From: Eledone cirrhosa
Taxonomy: Eukaryota
Assembly: GCA_964016885.1 (NCBI GenBank)
Contig: OZ024743.1
Span: 304,172,001-304,236,000 of the forward strand
Reading direction: 5' to 3'
DNA length: 64,000 nucleotides
Within the stretch, counting starts at the first letter, position 1, and each line of letters begins with the position of its first letter. Shown here one piece after another: positions 38,463 to 53,573 of this stretch. A program made the position numbers and the translations under genes. Below the pieces are notes generated by a model that ran no database searches, was not told the DNA's origin, and saw only the letters and a program-made list of their open reading frames with translations.

Positions 38463-39581
38463 ATATATATAAAAATGAAAATCCGAAGGCAAGGTAAAAT
38501 TCCAATAATTTAATCACGACACATGTTTCAATAAGAGATAGATCGATCGTGAAGCCATGATCGATTATCACTGATCTCATCAAGTGAAAATGAATTGTCT
38601 TCAAATTCTTGATACGAGGGAGAAAATTAGCGATGTTCACTCACAGAGTTTATTCCCTTATATGAAGATCCAGGAGTCAGAAATACGGAGACTGCTATCA
38701 ACTTCTGTTGAGGTCATAAAAGCCGTCAGATTTATGTCGCTGCAAAAGACGCTGGATATCAATCAAATCTGTAGAGATATAATCGGTCATGGTTAATGTG
38801 AGTGGGTACACACACACTCCACACCAACATACACCGGCTCGAGGTCAGAGAAAAAAATATATATATATACACATATCAACACAGTATCAAATCTGTAGAA
38901 CTATAAAAGGTCACAGTTAGTGTGGGTGGGACACACACTCTCACACACACCGAAGCGATGTCAGAGAAAAAAACAATAAATATAAGAATATACCAACACA
39001 GCATTCACCGAAAGTTAGTTCACAAAACAACAGATGCTACATTAGTCAAAGCTCAATTTGACGATGTAAATTGGCAATATTGGGTTAACCACAGCACCAT
39101 ACACACACACACACACAAACACAAGCAAGTAAGTTCAGTTCAGTGTTCTGCTATACGTGTATAGATTGGATTGTAATATCCGTATCTGCAAATAGTGTAT
39201 GTTATGGTATAAACACATCCGTATCGTCCAAAAAGTGTATGTCTGGGCATATACTCACCCATGTGAAGAGCAATCAATCAGCTCATATCGAACTAAGTAT
39301 GTACCGCGGTCCCATTGAGAATCCGAGTCCCCATATATATATAACGTTTATCGAGGCTCTTGAATGATTTAAAATTTGAAAATATTGATATCCAAAGAGT
39401 CACTACACTGTTAATATATATATATATATATATTTATTAAAATAACATTAAATATTTACTATACGGATCTTATATATTTGATATATATTTATCCTTATCG
39501 AGCCCTCTTTGGATTTTAGTCTTCTAATTTATTATTATTACTATATATATATACATATATATCAATATCTCTCTCTCTCTC

Positions 39582-39667
<86 letters not shown>

Positions 39668-39686
39668 GAGATACACACACACACAT

Positions 39687-40806
39687 ATGGCTCACCACCA
39701 CTGACATCCACCAACACCTGTCCATCGTCGTCGACAACACCTACTTCGGATTCCTTGACCAAATATACCAACAAACCTCGGGATTGCCCATGGGATCAAG
39801 CCTATCAGGTGTGCTAGCGATCTCTTTCATGGACAACCTCGAACGCAAGGCACTCAACGCCTGCCACCCCAACGCCGTAGCCTTTTTCTCAAGGTACGTG
39901 GACGATATCCTCATCCTCACATCTTCCCAAGACATGGCGAACAGAATCTATGAGACGTTCAACAACACGGACGAGAACATTGACTTCAGTGTTGAACACC
40001 CCAACGAAGACGGGTCACTTGCCCTCCTCGACTTCCGAATCAACATCACGGAACAGGGAAGGATCCACTGCAACTTCTACCGACAGGCAGCCTGCAGGGA
40101 CCTATTCGTTCACTACAAGTCCGCCCTCCCTAACAGTGCCAAAAGAGGATACATCACGAACGAGATCGCGCGAATCAAAAACAGATGCAGCTATCCCGCG
40201 AGTGGTGTCACTCATACCAAGCGATTCCTCGAGGTGCTGGAGACGAACGTGTACACTACCTTGATCACAGACAGAATAGGAGACACCAGACGCAAGAGAC
40301 AGAGAAGCACCCAAGGCAAGTGCTTCCTTAAAATGCCACACCTGGGCGAGAAAACCACCAACGCTATCCGCAAGGCTATACGGAGGGAGGGCCTCGACAT
40401 CCACCTGGCCCACTCAGGCCCCTCCCTGCGAAGATGCCTCACCAAGAAACCCGAAAAATCTACTGACGCATGCTCCCTCAGAGACTGCCCGATACGCCAC
40501 ACGAACTGTTGCCTACGCACATACGTCGTGTATTAGATAGAATGTGACAGGTGCAACCAATACTACATAGGTAGCACAATTCGACCTTTGCACATCCGGA
40601 TGAAGGAACACACTAAAACCAATGCCTCGACTTTCCGGAAACACATAGACAAATGCGGAAACAAAGACGGAAGGCCCATTGTCACAATTCTAGCGACTGA
40701 AAGAAACGTCGGCACGTTACGTATCAAGGAAGCGCTTTTTATCAAACGACTGCAACCGCAAATAAACAACCGATCAGAGAGAAGCGAAATGAGATGGCTG
40801 GTTTAA
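39687..40806 (+). pseudogene. PLE-C RT C-terminal half + GIY-YIG, one in-frame stop at 40534-40536
   Basis: YQQTSGLPMGSSLS, FSRYVDD, LALLD, VVY*IECDRCNQYYIGST, RMKEH, IKEAL..PQIN. Confidence 0.9.
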
Positions 40807-40962
40807 GTTAACAAGCGATGCAACAACACCCAACACACGCACACACACACACACACACACACACGCAAACGAGACGACTACATACACACACGCACACACA
40901 CACAGTAGCATTCCACCATACGAACATACTACACTGCCAATACAGAGGAACAAGGCAATAAC

Positions 40963-41049
<87 letters not shown>

Positions 41050-41530
41050 CACACTCAAGCGAGACAACAACACACACACACACATACACAGTAACATTTA
41101 ACAAACAGGCAGAGAATGGACTGACCGCTAGCGCCATCCCACTCCCTCATTCGGCCGCTGCCCTGTGTACGACCGACCCCTTTCACGCGCTCGCGCGCTC
41201 TGCCGAATACCTCAGATATTCAAAACAACAAACAGCGAAGGACGCATTCCGGACCTGTCCGACAGACAACCTTTTCCCCCACCCCGGAAAAAAAACCCAG
41301 TTGATGGATGTGAATCCGAAATATATAGGGAATATTAAATCTCTCCCAAGTTAACTCTCTCTTGTGTTGTTATTTTTATTCTATCCTTTATACTCTTCCC
41401 TTCATTTTACACATCTCACACATCTTATACACACCACGCATCTCAACGTACACCCACTTACATCTCTCTCTCTCCACTACCGGACCTTGTTACCCGGAGA
41501 TTTACCCATTTGCATTGTCGAGGCTTCCAA
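39687..41530 (+). mobile_element. PLE family C, 5'-truncated
   Basis: RT, endonuclease, (CA)n-rich 3' UTR, degenerate HHR at 41296-41330 (CAGTTGA-T-GGAT-GTGA-ATCC-GAA-ATATAT-A-GGG). Confidence 0.88.
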
Positions 41531-41555
41531 ACGTATATATATGTATATGTATATA

Positions 41556-41626
<71 letters not shown>

Positions 41627-44600
41627 AAAAGAGAAAACACAGGTAAGCATTAAGAGAAGGATTTTATCCTGGCATTTACGACCGTTTCATTGGTAAGTGC
41701 AACCTTATATTGCTAGACTGCAAATAGCAGCCACTCAATTATAATTGTTGTTCACGTCCAAATTTTCAAAATAGTGAGTAAGTTACTCTTGAAATAGTTC
41801 TTAATATATAGAGAAAAACATTTTATTGGAATTGTATTTACTAGTATAGTGAGAGAGGGAGAGGAATTAGAAAGTGAGGGGACAAACGGAATAGTATAGA
41901 GAGAGGAAGGGGCAGAAGAGTTAGGAAGTAGAGTGACAAACTGAGATGGAGGGAAGGGTAGAGGTTGAAGGATTCCTTGATCAGTTTTGAGACGTAGACT
42001 TCATGTCGTCGATTGTAGTGAGTTAAAGAGAATTAAATTGATCATAGTGGGAGGGATGGAGAGAGAGAGTGAGAGGGGGATATATAAAGAAATAAGTATA
42101 TATATAAAAAAATAAAGACAAAAATAATAATAATAAAAATAAAAGTAAAGAAGGGGGAGAAAGAAGAAAAGAAAAGATAGCCAAATATGGGAGGGAAGAA
42201 AGGAAGAAAACGAAGAAATAGAAGAGGAATGAAGGAGAAGGGAGGGATATAGGTATTGGTTTTGTGGGTAATTAAAGGGGTTAGATATAATAAGAGGGTA
42301 TAAAGTCTAAGTATATGCAGTTTGTCAGTTGGTAGTAAGAGGTTAAGGGTTCGATTTGCAATTGTAGTGCGAAAACTTTTCTTTGAGTCTATGGTTACAA
42401 TAAATTGATATTTCGATTTTATTGTTGAGTAACTTATTCTTCGAACTCAAAATGTGGAACAGCTCAAGGTCACATAATCGACAGCTTCTCATACCACTCC
42501 GATATGGAGGCGCGTTCGATAGTTTTTTCCACTTCAAGGTGTATTGATGGTTACTTTCCCTCAGTTGCCAGGCCTTGTTTGCAAGGGTATTTACATAACG
42601 ATGCTGGGAATGTTTCATTGTGTAACGGTATGTATAACAACGGGCTTTAAATGTATTCCCAGTCGCTCCGATGTAATACCATTTCTGGTTGTCTGATTCC
42701 ACTGTGCATTGGTAAACCAAGTTAGACTGCATGCATTCATTATGTAATGGACAGGTTTCAGGTAGGTGGCAGTTACAATTCTTGTCATGGGCAACTTTGG
42801 CATTATTGGTGGGCTGCGATGCCTGTACAAGTGTGTTACGTTTTGTTTGCCGATTAGTGGGTGGCTGTGTATTAGATATTCTGTTTTGTTCAATGGTGAT
42901 TGTATTGTTATTGTTATGGATTTGTGTTCTGGTGTTGTTATGTATCTTTTTTAGCGTTAAGCATCTTAATGTGTGCCTCTATATTTGGTGCCGTGGAGTA
43001 AGATAGTCTAATAGACTTAGTGTTAAGGATTTTGCTGTATCTATGTGAATCTGGAAAGTACTTATTTGTTATTCTAAAGAAAGTAGAGGGTAGGTTAGTA
43101 CTAATAGAGGTGTTAAATATGGGGTTATACCAAATATATTTTCTACTGCGTGACTTGTTTCATTTCGATGTTGTATTTCTATTTACCGTATACTTTTTAG
43201 TTCTATGCGTAAATGCGTGTGTGCGTGTGTTTCTGGAGTTTGTGTTATGGGTGTTCGTGTGCGCTTTGCGGAGGCTTTCATCTATATATTCTACTCTATC
43301 TAAGTGGCCTGCCTTGTCTGATGCGGTATTGTAGTATTCTGCATGTTCCTCGAATATTTGTCGGTTAGCCGAGAGGCGGGAGATCATAAGGGATATGCTC
43401 CGTGGAATGGATTTAATTATGGATAGTGGGTAGTTTGAGTTACAGTTGATGTATGGTAAGTTTTCATTAATCTTGTGAAAAGGTGTTATAAGTCCCGTAT
43501 TTAGTTTAAGCGTCGCGTCTAGAAAGTTAACTGTTTTAGTGCTATACTCATACGTTATGCTAAGGCCTAGTTTCCCGAGAGTCTTTCTAATATTCTTACG
43601 GAGTCTTTCTATGCTCTGGTTATTTACGTTCTTAACTAGGAGAAGGGCGTCGTCTCTATAGATTCCACCGTGAAGGTCGTTAAACTCACTCTGTAAACTA
43701 TGGGCTATGTAAATACCTACTAAATCTGTGACTTGAGCCGAGTCGTTAGCCCCCATCGTGATGTCCAAGTTATTTAATCTATCTTTACGTTCCCAATAGG
43801 CGTTCTCAAATTTAATCATTGTTTTCCTAGCAGCTAATATGACTTTTATCTCGTCGTCTGTTAGGTCAGAATTGGCTTTGGCGAATGCTAAGGCTTTATC
43901 CAAAGTGTTGGGGGATATAGAGGAGTAATAGTCGTTAAAGTCAAATTGTATAAATTTAGATACTTTTTTGTTAGCTATATTGTTAAACCACTTAATTGTT
44001 TCGGTAGAGACCTCATAGTTTAATCACTAGTTTATTCTTCAATTGTGATATCACTCTGTCTAATATATGTTTACTAATTTTCCAGATGTCCGATTTGGAC
44101 GGGCATATAAGTCTAATTGTGGGGTTATAATCAATATTTATCTTGTGGTCCTTGAGATTAAATGTGGGGTACATGGCCTAAGTGGCTCCGTTCTGTCGTC
44201 TATTCCTAGCTGTTTGACTATATTGGTGTATCGTTGTTGACGTTTATCAGTGCCGCCTCATTAGTTTTTTTGTATTTCCTATGTAATTCTTTCCGTATGA
44301 AGCTATTGTATGTATTAACATCCATCGTATACACATTTGAGGTTTTGTCCGCTTTGAAATTAATTCCATTGGTAGTTCGCAGCTTTTTTAGGAATGTATT
44401 TATGTAATCGAAAGGTCAATTTATTGAAACCATAGACTCAAAGAAAGGTTTTCGCACTACAAGTGCAAATCGAACCCTTAACCTCTTACTACCAACTGAC
44501 AAACTGCATATACATAGACTTTATACCCCCTTATTATATCTACCTCCTTTCATTACCCACAAAAAACAATACCTATATCCCTCCCTTCTCCTTGATTCCT

Positions 44601-45190
44601 CTTCTATTTCTTCGTTTTCTTCCCTCCCATTTTTGGCTATCTTTTCTTTTCTTCTTTCACCCCCTTCTTTACTTTTATTGTTATCATTATTATTTTTGTC
44701 TTCATTTTTTATATATATACTTATCTCTTTATATATCCCCCTCTGTCTCTCTCCATCCCTCCCACTATGATCAATTTAATTCTCTTTAACTCACTACAAT
44801 CGACGACATGAAGTCTCTGTATCAAAACTGATCAAGGAATCCTTCCACCTCTACCCCTCCCTCCATCTCAGTTCGTCACTCTACTTCCTAACTCTTCTCC
44901 CCCTTCCTCTCTCTCTATACTATTCCGTTTGTCCCCTCACCTTCTAATTCCTCTTCCTCTCTCTCTATACTAGTAAATACAATTCCAAAAAAATGTTTTT
45001 CTCTATATATTAAGAACTATTTCAAGAGTAACTTACTCACTATTTTGAAAATTTGGACGTGAACAACAATTATAATTGAGAGGCTGCTATTTGCAGTCTA
45101 GCAATATAAGGTTGCACTTACCAATGACATGGTCGTAAATACCGGATAAAATCCTTCTCTTAATACTTACCTGTGATTTCTCTTCTATAC
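41627..45190 (-). mobile_element. PLE family D (relative of A), 5'-truncated, with ~790-bp inverted 3' end at 44404-45190
   Basis: 44404-45190 is the reverse complement of ~41627-42420. Confidence 0.88.
42343..44403 (-). pseudogene. PLE-D RT + GIY-YIG, disrupted
   Basis: ITMGANDSAQVTD, GGIYRDD, VNFLD, WYYIGAT, CRLC..E..LNNK..CNH. Confidence 0.9.
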
Positions 45191-45366
45191 TTTATACTCC
45201 AAGATTGAACGGAATTCTTACAAACTTGTGGAGTTACCCTAACCGTACGTTGACACCGTCCATGAAACTGGCTTTCTTAACCACGAACTGGATCACAATA
45301 AGCAATAGTATTTTAATTCTCATATATATATATATATATATATTTATTTATATATATATATATATA

Positions 45367-45484
<118 letters not shown>

Positions 45485-45945
45485 CATCAAAGGTATATTT
45501 TGAGTTAGAATCTCAAAATAGTATATTACAATAAAATAGCTCAAGGAAAGAGATTTTCCGAGCCGTATATTATAATTGAATATAAAAGAGAGATAAACAC
45601 AGATATATACATATTTGTGTTTAAATCGTAAGGGACCAGATTCGCTAAGGTGTAAAATATACTAACTATGGACAATAGGTTTTCCTGGCTCAATTTAAGA
45701 ATAAATCAAGAAAATAAGTACAAACCAGAATTGTGGTAACTACCATTCACCCAGATAGCGTTTGACGATGCTGTTTCGTAATCCAAGTATGAAGAGTATT
45801 ACCAATTTTTATTGGTTATCAGTCGGTGAAAATTTAGTAAACTCCTCACTTCTAAGTATATCAGAAAACTGAATAGTGTGCGTATATACAATAACGCACA
45901 TGGTATCAGAACCTAGCGTGTCTCACAAACTCATATATATATATA

Positions 45946-46454
<509 letters not shown>

Positions 46455-46496
46455 GATATTAAACAAATGGAAATTACATTTATAAAACCATATTTA

Positions 46497-46558
46497 TTTC
46501 ATTATATATATTTCAGGGATATCATATTAAAAATATGGTATGCCCTCTTCAGACAAAA
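46497..46558 (-). ncRNA. Type I hammerhead (PLE-F)
   Basis: Reverse complement of 46724-46785. Confidence 0.75.
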
Positions 46559-46723
46559 TACAATATATACACATTTTATAAATAAATTTGACATACCTTA
46601 GAGTTTACAACTTCCATTTAAAAAGTTGTTACGGTAGTGAAAATGTTAAGGACGGTTAGAAAGAAAGACGGAGAAAACTCTAAGGTATGTCAAATTTATT
46701 TATAAAACTGTCTATATATTGTA

Positions 46724-46785
46724 TTTTGTCTGAAGAGGGCATACCATATTTTTAATATGATATCCCTGAAATATATATAATGAAA
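46724..46785 (+). ncRNA. Type I hammerhead (PLE-F)
   Basis: TTTTGT-CTGAAGA-GGG..CATATT..AATATG..CCT-GAA-ATATATAT-A-ATGAAA. Confidence 0.75.
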
Positions 46786-46913
46786 TAAATATGGTTTTAT
46801 AAATGTAATTTCCATTTGTTTAATATCGTAAAATACTCCAAAACCTGTTGAGTGCTTTTATATCAGTTATAAAATATTTACTCGTTGTAACCCAACATTT
46901 TAAATAAAACTTT

Positions 46914-46954
<41 letters not shown>

Positions 46955-48370
46955 CACTTTGTGAGACACGCAAGGTTCTGATACCATGTGCGTTATTGTA
47001 TATACGCACACTATTCATATATTGAAATATATATCACAGCATTATTATTAAAATACTTGAATATCTGAAACTACTTCGCTTTTCCTTATTCGATATTTAC
47101 TCCGTCACTCCTATGTGGAATAAGTACGTTGAGTGCTTGAATTGAATTGCATCAATGTTTACCCTAAGAATTTAGCTCCAATTAGTTGAGCGCTGTATGA
47201 TGTAACCGATATAGTGGTGAAGAGAGGAACCAGCCACCAGCTACACAAGGATATTCCCTATACCATGGGGATGGAAATTCATGATACTGGACGGACATAA
47301 TAATAACTGTCGGCAGGATAAATACGCGGAAACAAAAACACCGATAAACCCCTATTTTCCTGCAGCAAATCGCATTTGAACAGAAGGCCTCCAAATTCAA
47401 TCTATATATGGACAAATTGACAATCATATTAATCAGTATCTCCTATTTCATTTTGCATGTGTGAACTGTATGAATTCGTTATATTTATTAGTTTTTCTCT
47501 TTTGTGTACATGATATCTGTGTTTTTTCAGTTTTGTTCCATGTGATGGAAATTCTAACTTATGTACCCGACTACCTACTACCTTTCATACTGTAATTTAC
47601 CCTCTGTTCTACTATACGGTACTTTCGTTCAGTATGTAGATAGTACCGTACTTTCTTCTTACTTAAACATCTCTCTACGTAGTAGATAGTATAAGTGAAT
47701 ATATTATTTACTCTCTCCAATCTATATGTTTTTACTCATCTCAATCTAAATTCTGACTTGAACATTTTTTAATTTTTAATTATCAATTTTTAATTCCTGA
47801 TTTCTAATTTTTAATATTTGATTTTCAATTTTTAATTTTTAATTGTAATTTCCAACTCTCATTCATAACTTCCACTGTGAAACCATGATACCTAGAATTA
47901 AGTATATTTTCTCTTGGAGGTTAATGGTCAGTTATGCTGTCCATGTTTAATGAGGGTAGTAATGAGACATATTGATACTCACACGCTCCCATCCCCCCTG
48001 GCTTTCGGCTGACTGCCACAGACGGGGTAGGTAGCAGTAAGCTATATATAAAAGGCCTGAATGGGTCATTGTCTGGGTAAGGGGGGGAGGAACTGACTAA
48101 GTGAATTTCGTTGAAATCTGCGGTAGCTAATGGTCAACTTCCTTCGGACCTGTGCCTGCGCAGACCGGTGGAGGTGAATTGGTACTCACAAGGGAACGGA
48201 TGAAGAACCTGAAAGCACACACTTCGTCTGTTCCCATGTCGATTCAACTTGAATTGCCTCGGAAACATTACCTTATTATGTAACAAGGTATCTGACGATG
48301 TCGCGGCACTGCCGCCTCGGAACAGTGTGGCTACTGTCGCCATTGAAATATATATCACAGCATGATTATT

Positions 48371-48764
48371 AAAACGGAGAATTGGCAGTATCGGTGGAGC
48401 GTCGGACGCCATGCTTTCCAGCATAGTTACGTCCCTTTACGATCTGAGTTCAAATCCCGCCGAGGTTGACTTAGCCTTTCATCCTTACGAGGTCGATAAA
48501 ATAAAGTACCAGTAATGAAAAGTGGGTAATTGCTGGCCTTGTGCCTAAAGTAGAAACAATTATTATTAAAACGGTGGATTGGCAGTATCGGTAGGGGTCG
48601 GACGCCATGCTTTCCAGCATAGATACGTCCCTTTACGATCTGAGTTCAAATCCCGCCAAGGTTGACTTTGCCTTTCATCCTTACGGGGTCGATAAAATAA
48701 AGTACCAGTAATACACTGGGTAATTGCTGGCCTTGTGCCTAACGTAGAAACAATTATTATTAAA
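48371..48764 (+). mobile_element. Head-to-tail dimer of tRNA-derived SINE
   Basis: Two ~197-bp units, each with TGGCAGTATCGG (box A) and GAGTTCAAATCC (box B); flanked by ATTATTAAAA; empty paralogous site at ~47020-47090. Confidence 0.88.
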
Positions 48765-48795
48765 AGACTTGAACATCTGAAACTACTTCGATTTT

Positions 48796-48857
<62 letters not shown>

Positions 48858-49228
48858 GTTTACATATATATATACATACACATACATATACGTGTTTTGC
48901 AACTGGTCACTTTTTGGCTCAATGAAAAATTAATAAATTAAACAATCAGAGCTATATATCATAAAAACATGTCTATAGAACCACAAGATAAAATATATAC
49001 TATTTCCTCTCCCAATTAGCATAATTAACTATATAAAAAATCGAATAGACCAGGCTATACGAATGAGGCTTCTATGAAGGAATCTCCAACAAATAACCAA
49101 AACTAGCGCTTCGCGTCGGCCGTAGTGGAATATTTATCGAATATTTCGACAGCGTAATCGCCTAGATACAGTCAACTAAGCAGAATTAGGTTTAAAATAA
49201 ACTAGGAGAAAATAGAATACACTTAAAT

Positions 49229-49316
49229 ACCTCTACCATGGTTTCGTCCGTGTTTTGAGTTATCCAATAATTATGTAATAATTATATAAACTCGAGCGCC
49301 GGATTCTTCAGGAAGC
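49229..49316 (-). ncRNA. Type I hammerhead with long helix II
   Basis: Reverse complement of 49581-49668. Confidence 0.85.
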
Positions 49317-49580
49317 TCGCTCATATCTAGATATTAAATTTTCAAAAACGATCGCGCCAAGAACTCATTTCAAAATGACTAAAAATCGTGACGTAGTCAC
49401 TGTCAAGTTGGAATGGGTGTGGTAGTTGCTTACGACTGGTGGCATTTTTGCTAGAAAGCACAGCACAATACAGCCAAATTTGTATCTCAACCTAGTGAGA
49501 GATTATTACATATAAAAGTTTACATATATATACATCTTGGCGCGATCGTTCTGGAAAATTTAAAGTCTAGATATGAGCGA

Positions 49581-49668
49581 GCTTCCTGAAGAATCCGGCG
49601 CTCGAGTTTATATAATTATTACATAATTATTGGATAACTCAAAACACGGACGAAACCATGGTAGAGGT
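49581..49668 (+). ncRNA. Type I hammerhead with long helix II
   Basis: GCTTC-CTGAAGA-A-TCCG..GAGTT..ATAATTAT-TAC-ATAATTAT..AACTC..CGGA-C-GAA-ACCATGGT-A-GAGGT; GUA site. Confidence 0.85.
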
Positions 49669-52394
49669 ATTTAAGTGTATTCTATTTTCTCCTAGTTTAT
49701 GTTAAACCTAATCCTGCTTAGTTGACTGTATCTAGGCGATTACGCTGTCGAAATATTCGATAAATATTCCACTACAGCCGACGCGAAGCGCTAGTTTTGG
49801 TTATTTGTTGGAGATTCCTTCATAGAAGCCTCATTCGTATAGCCTGGTCTATTCGATTTTTTATATAGTTAATTATGCTAATTGGGAGAGGAAATAGTAT
49901 ATATTTTATCTTGTGGTTCTATAGACATGTTTTTATGATATATATATATATATGCATATTTGTTGGTCTGTTTTATCTAATACGAATACAACACCATATT
50001 CTTGGTACGTATATATGTGTGTGTGTGGTTGCTTATGGTGGGAGGATATACTGGTGTGAAGAGATATGATATACTCAAAACCATGTTTATCTTGAAACAC
50101 CAGAGATGAAAATCATCTATATAGACGAAAAAGAATTTATTTAATTCGACAGTGTAGAATAGTGCAGACTGCTCGTCATCGTGCACTCCTATGGAAGTGT
50201 CTTATATGCAAGTTCTGAAACATGAGAATATGGATGGATGATGATTCTAGAGCAGAATTCCTCGTATCAAAGCAAAAGACCACTGATCTTTTACTCACAA
50301 AATCAGATCTCTGACAGCTTTTCCACTCTGAAAGCTGTATAAATCAAAGGAATTAAACGTAATATAACACATTATCACCGTTCATGACGGTTCCCAATGG
50401 TTCCGGGAAATCTATTTGATAGTAAAGAAAATGATAAATTCAGAATGTGTCGTATTGTTTGTTTAAAGTCATTGCAGGAGATTCTTTGCTGGAAAACTAT
50501 TTACATATTGATCAACTAGAATGATGATTCCAGTGAGAGAGGATGCTGAGACAATTTTTTAACAAAGTGACCAACAAATTTACAAATTTAGCATGCAAGA
50601 GGTAAAGGAAGGATATTTTTGACGATTTTTCTGTAAACTTAATAGTGATCCATTTAACAGAGCGCCTGAAAGTTATGCTATACTATGTAGGACTACAAGA
50701 GCTCATTGTCTTTGTAATGTGTATCTATCAATGGTTCTGAGTGTTGACTTCTATATAATTAATATACTGATATTAGCGAATATATCAGCAAGGAATGCTT
50801 GAATCTTGTTATTTATGTGATTCGATTGGAAATTGTCTCTATGGAATTCTATAGAATGATAAAAGTATTTAGCTTTAATATTCACTATGTTTACCGCATT
50901 CAATTAATGGGTGCTATAAAGCAATCGCCGAAAATAAGCATTAAAATAATGGACATTTACTAATGCAATTACTCATAAGCGTCGAGCAAATACCAAACAT
51001 ACATGTGATTCAAAACAAACAGATGAAATCAAGAAACACGAAAACTCTAGAAACATTGTTTGCCATGTTTATATGAAATCACCCAAAAATATTTGAGAAG
51101 GCCACACGCTATAAAAAGGGTTCACAGCAGAGAGAATGGAATGAGTGATAGAGAGATTACTATCATTGACGTCTGGACGAGCCAAGAAATTCAATCCTCA
51201 TATACAATTAAATAATTTATAGCAGAAAATATTCTTGGCTGGTGAAGAACCATATAAAATGGGAATCGAGTAAAAGGGCTATGTTACCATAACCATTACT
51301 TCAGTAGATACCAGTTATTTAAAACATTATTTAAAATACCACGCTTCTATTTACATTTCGGTCTATATTTAAATCCTTATTTTTGTAAACATTTCTTCTA
51401 ATTCCTGGTAAAGAAGCTATTTCTAGTAGTTAGTGAAGTATCCAGCAGGCGCGAAATCAAGTAAGGATATGCACATGCAAATTTTAGAAAATGACAAACA
51501 GAGAAACAAACTGCGATTTTTAAATTCCTTAACGAATCATGTTAAGGAGAAAAGTGTGATTGGTGAATATGATTGAAGAGTGTACGGTTTATAACGATCA
51601 GGCGCTTAAACCAATTATGTACGTTTTGTTTAAAAGAGATATACATAGAGTGATTGAAGAATTTTTTGTGATTGTAAATATCAATGACACTCAATGACAA
51701 GTAGTTCTCATGTTGGTGGGTATAAATGTCAATAATTAAATTACACATCCAGCTGAGGCATTTGATGTCTACTCGAATCAAATTAAGATGCACCACAGCA
51801 GCGCTTCCGATTAATGACTGAAATAAATAACAAAAATAGTAAATGAGTGAACATTTAAATAAAAGCTTTAATCTCAATGGTGTATGCAGGTCTTATAAAA
51901 ACTTCTGGCCTAATTTTGCATGAGCTCGAATGATTCCCTATATGATTGTGACCCAAATATTATGTAACTGCAGAAGTTAGTTACACCACTTCTATTAAAT
52001 CAAATAGGGCTATATATGAAGTGTGACACTTTCCTATAAACTGTGATGAGCTCAATTCTATTAATATGGTTGTCGATATTATTTATTACCCCAAATGACA
52101 AAAATCACTGCAATCTTCTGAAGGCTTATTATTCATAGCTATACATTTTACCACTCGTCAACACTGATATTCTTCGCTGGTGACCAAAGAATATCAATGA
52201 TGGAATGACTGCATCAGAATGATATAACTTTCTCTTCATTCACCTAAAGAACCAAACCCCGAAAGAGTGCCGCATCTCTAGAAAGTCAAAATCACATCCA
52301 CAAAAGAAACATGTGAAGGAGGTGCTGATTATCATACACATTTACACGTCACACAAATACATACAAACGCACACACTATCTCTCGATTTTTGTT

Positions 52395-52430
<36 letters not shown>

Positions 52431-52580
52431 TTCTCACTCTTACACAAATAAATACGCATACATACATATCGTAGATTGCATTGAAACCATGAACACATCT
52501 TGAACGTTATGGATTCATGTATCATCACAATACGATATCTGGCCTACTGACGTGCTGTTGTGTGTTACTCATGCTTTCCT

Positions 52581-52762
52581 AATAATTGTTTCTACTTTAG
52601 CCACAAGGCCCGCAATTACCCAGTACATTACTGGTATTTTATTTTATCGACCCGTAAGGATGAAAGTAAAAGTTAACCTCGGCGGGATTTGAACTCAGAC
52701 TGTAAAGGGACGTAAATATGCTAGAAAACATGGTGTTCAACCCTCTACCGATACTGCCAATT
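52581..52762 (-). mobile_element. tRNA-derived SINE
   Basis: Same family as 5421-5611. Confidence 0.88.
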
Positions 52763-53236
52763 CAGTGTCACCTGATACTTGGTGATGTCTCATTTATTCA
52801 GGCACACACATCATCTGTGTCCCACTAGCCACTCAGTTTACTCCGAACCGTCATTTTTCATCTGGAAAATTTTGCGCACATATTTTCATGTTCATTGATA
52901 TAATTTCTTTCACTCTCTGTAGCCGTCAAACAGCAGATGTTCGAGAGGAAAATCAAATACGTTTTCTTCAGTCCCTGAAGGGTTGCCAAGGCCATGTGAA
53001 AATGTTCCTCCTTCAGACAAAACTGTTGAATGTAAATTAAAATGAATGATAAATGAATAAATGAATACATCAGCTAAATACATCTCAATTACTATGCAAC
53101 ACACGGGAAAATTAGAAAGTTCTTCAAAAGTACAGTAAACATGTTTTTCATGATTACAGCGCGATGTCTTTCGGTGTACGTATTTTCTTTCTCAAAGGGA
53201 GAGAATTAAATTGAACATTTATTTAAGATTTAATGA

Positions 53237-53320
<84 letters not shown>

Positions 53321-53530
53321 TTCGGTTCTGAATTTGTTTAGCAAGATTCTTTATCTGAAAACGTCTGTTGAAACCGATATTGTTATACTTTGGGAGGCTC
53401 ATGTTGCCAATAAGAAACACACGCACCAGTTGCTTTCACTTCAATTTATTATAATAAATTTATAAATTTAGGAATTTATAAATTCCCGGTTGGTTGGTTG
53501 GTTCCAAAACCAGATAGTTGTTTATATATT

Positions 53531-53573
53531 GTCAAAGTTCTTTCGTCACATATTCTGTGACCTCTTCAGTGAC
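53531..53573 (-). ncRNA. Minimal type I hammerhead of PLE-B
   Basis: GTCA-CTGAAGA-G-GTCACA..TGTGAC-GAA-AGAACT-T-TGAC. Confidence 0.75.

Larger units (their letters stand above)
46452..46915. mobile_element. PLE-F terminus fold-back (~155-bp inverted arms)
   Basis: 46452-46606 pairs with 46675-46830; homologous to 59920-60240 and 62020-62330. Confidence 0.8.
48952..49943. mobile_element. Fold-back element with ~410-bp near-identical inverted arms, one HHR per arm
   Basis: 48952-49362 pairs with 49535-49943. Confidence 0.85.

Noticed and set aside
32263-39367. Unique-looking short ORFs (32263-32520, 36383-36627, 38584-38796, 39143-39367)
   Set aside because: No recognisable motifs; lengths within chance expectation
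41670-41770. Hammerhead at the PLE-D terminus (minus GAAACGGTC preceded by a long stem)
   Set aside because: No CUGANGA-like core found in either copy
52858-53104. Possible host exon on the minus strand (acceptor-like ttcaacag, VLSEGGTFSHGLGNPSGTEENVFDFPLEHLLFDGYRE)
   Set aside because: No recognisable domain or convincing donor; needs RNA-seq or tblastn
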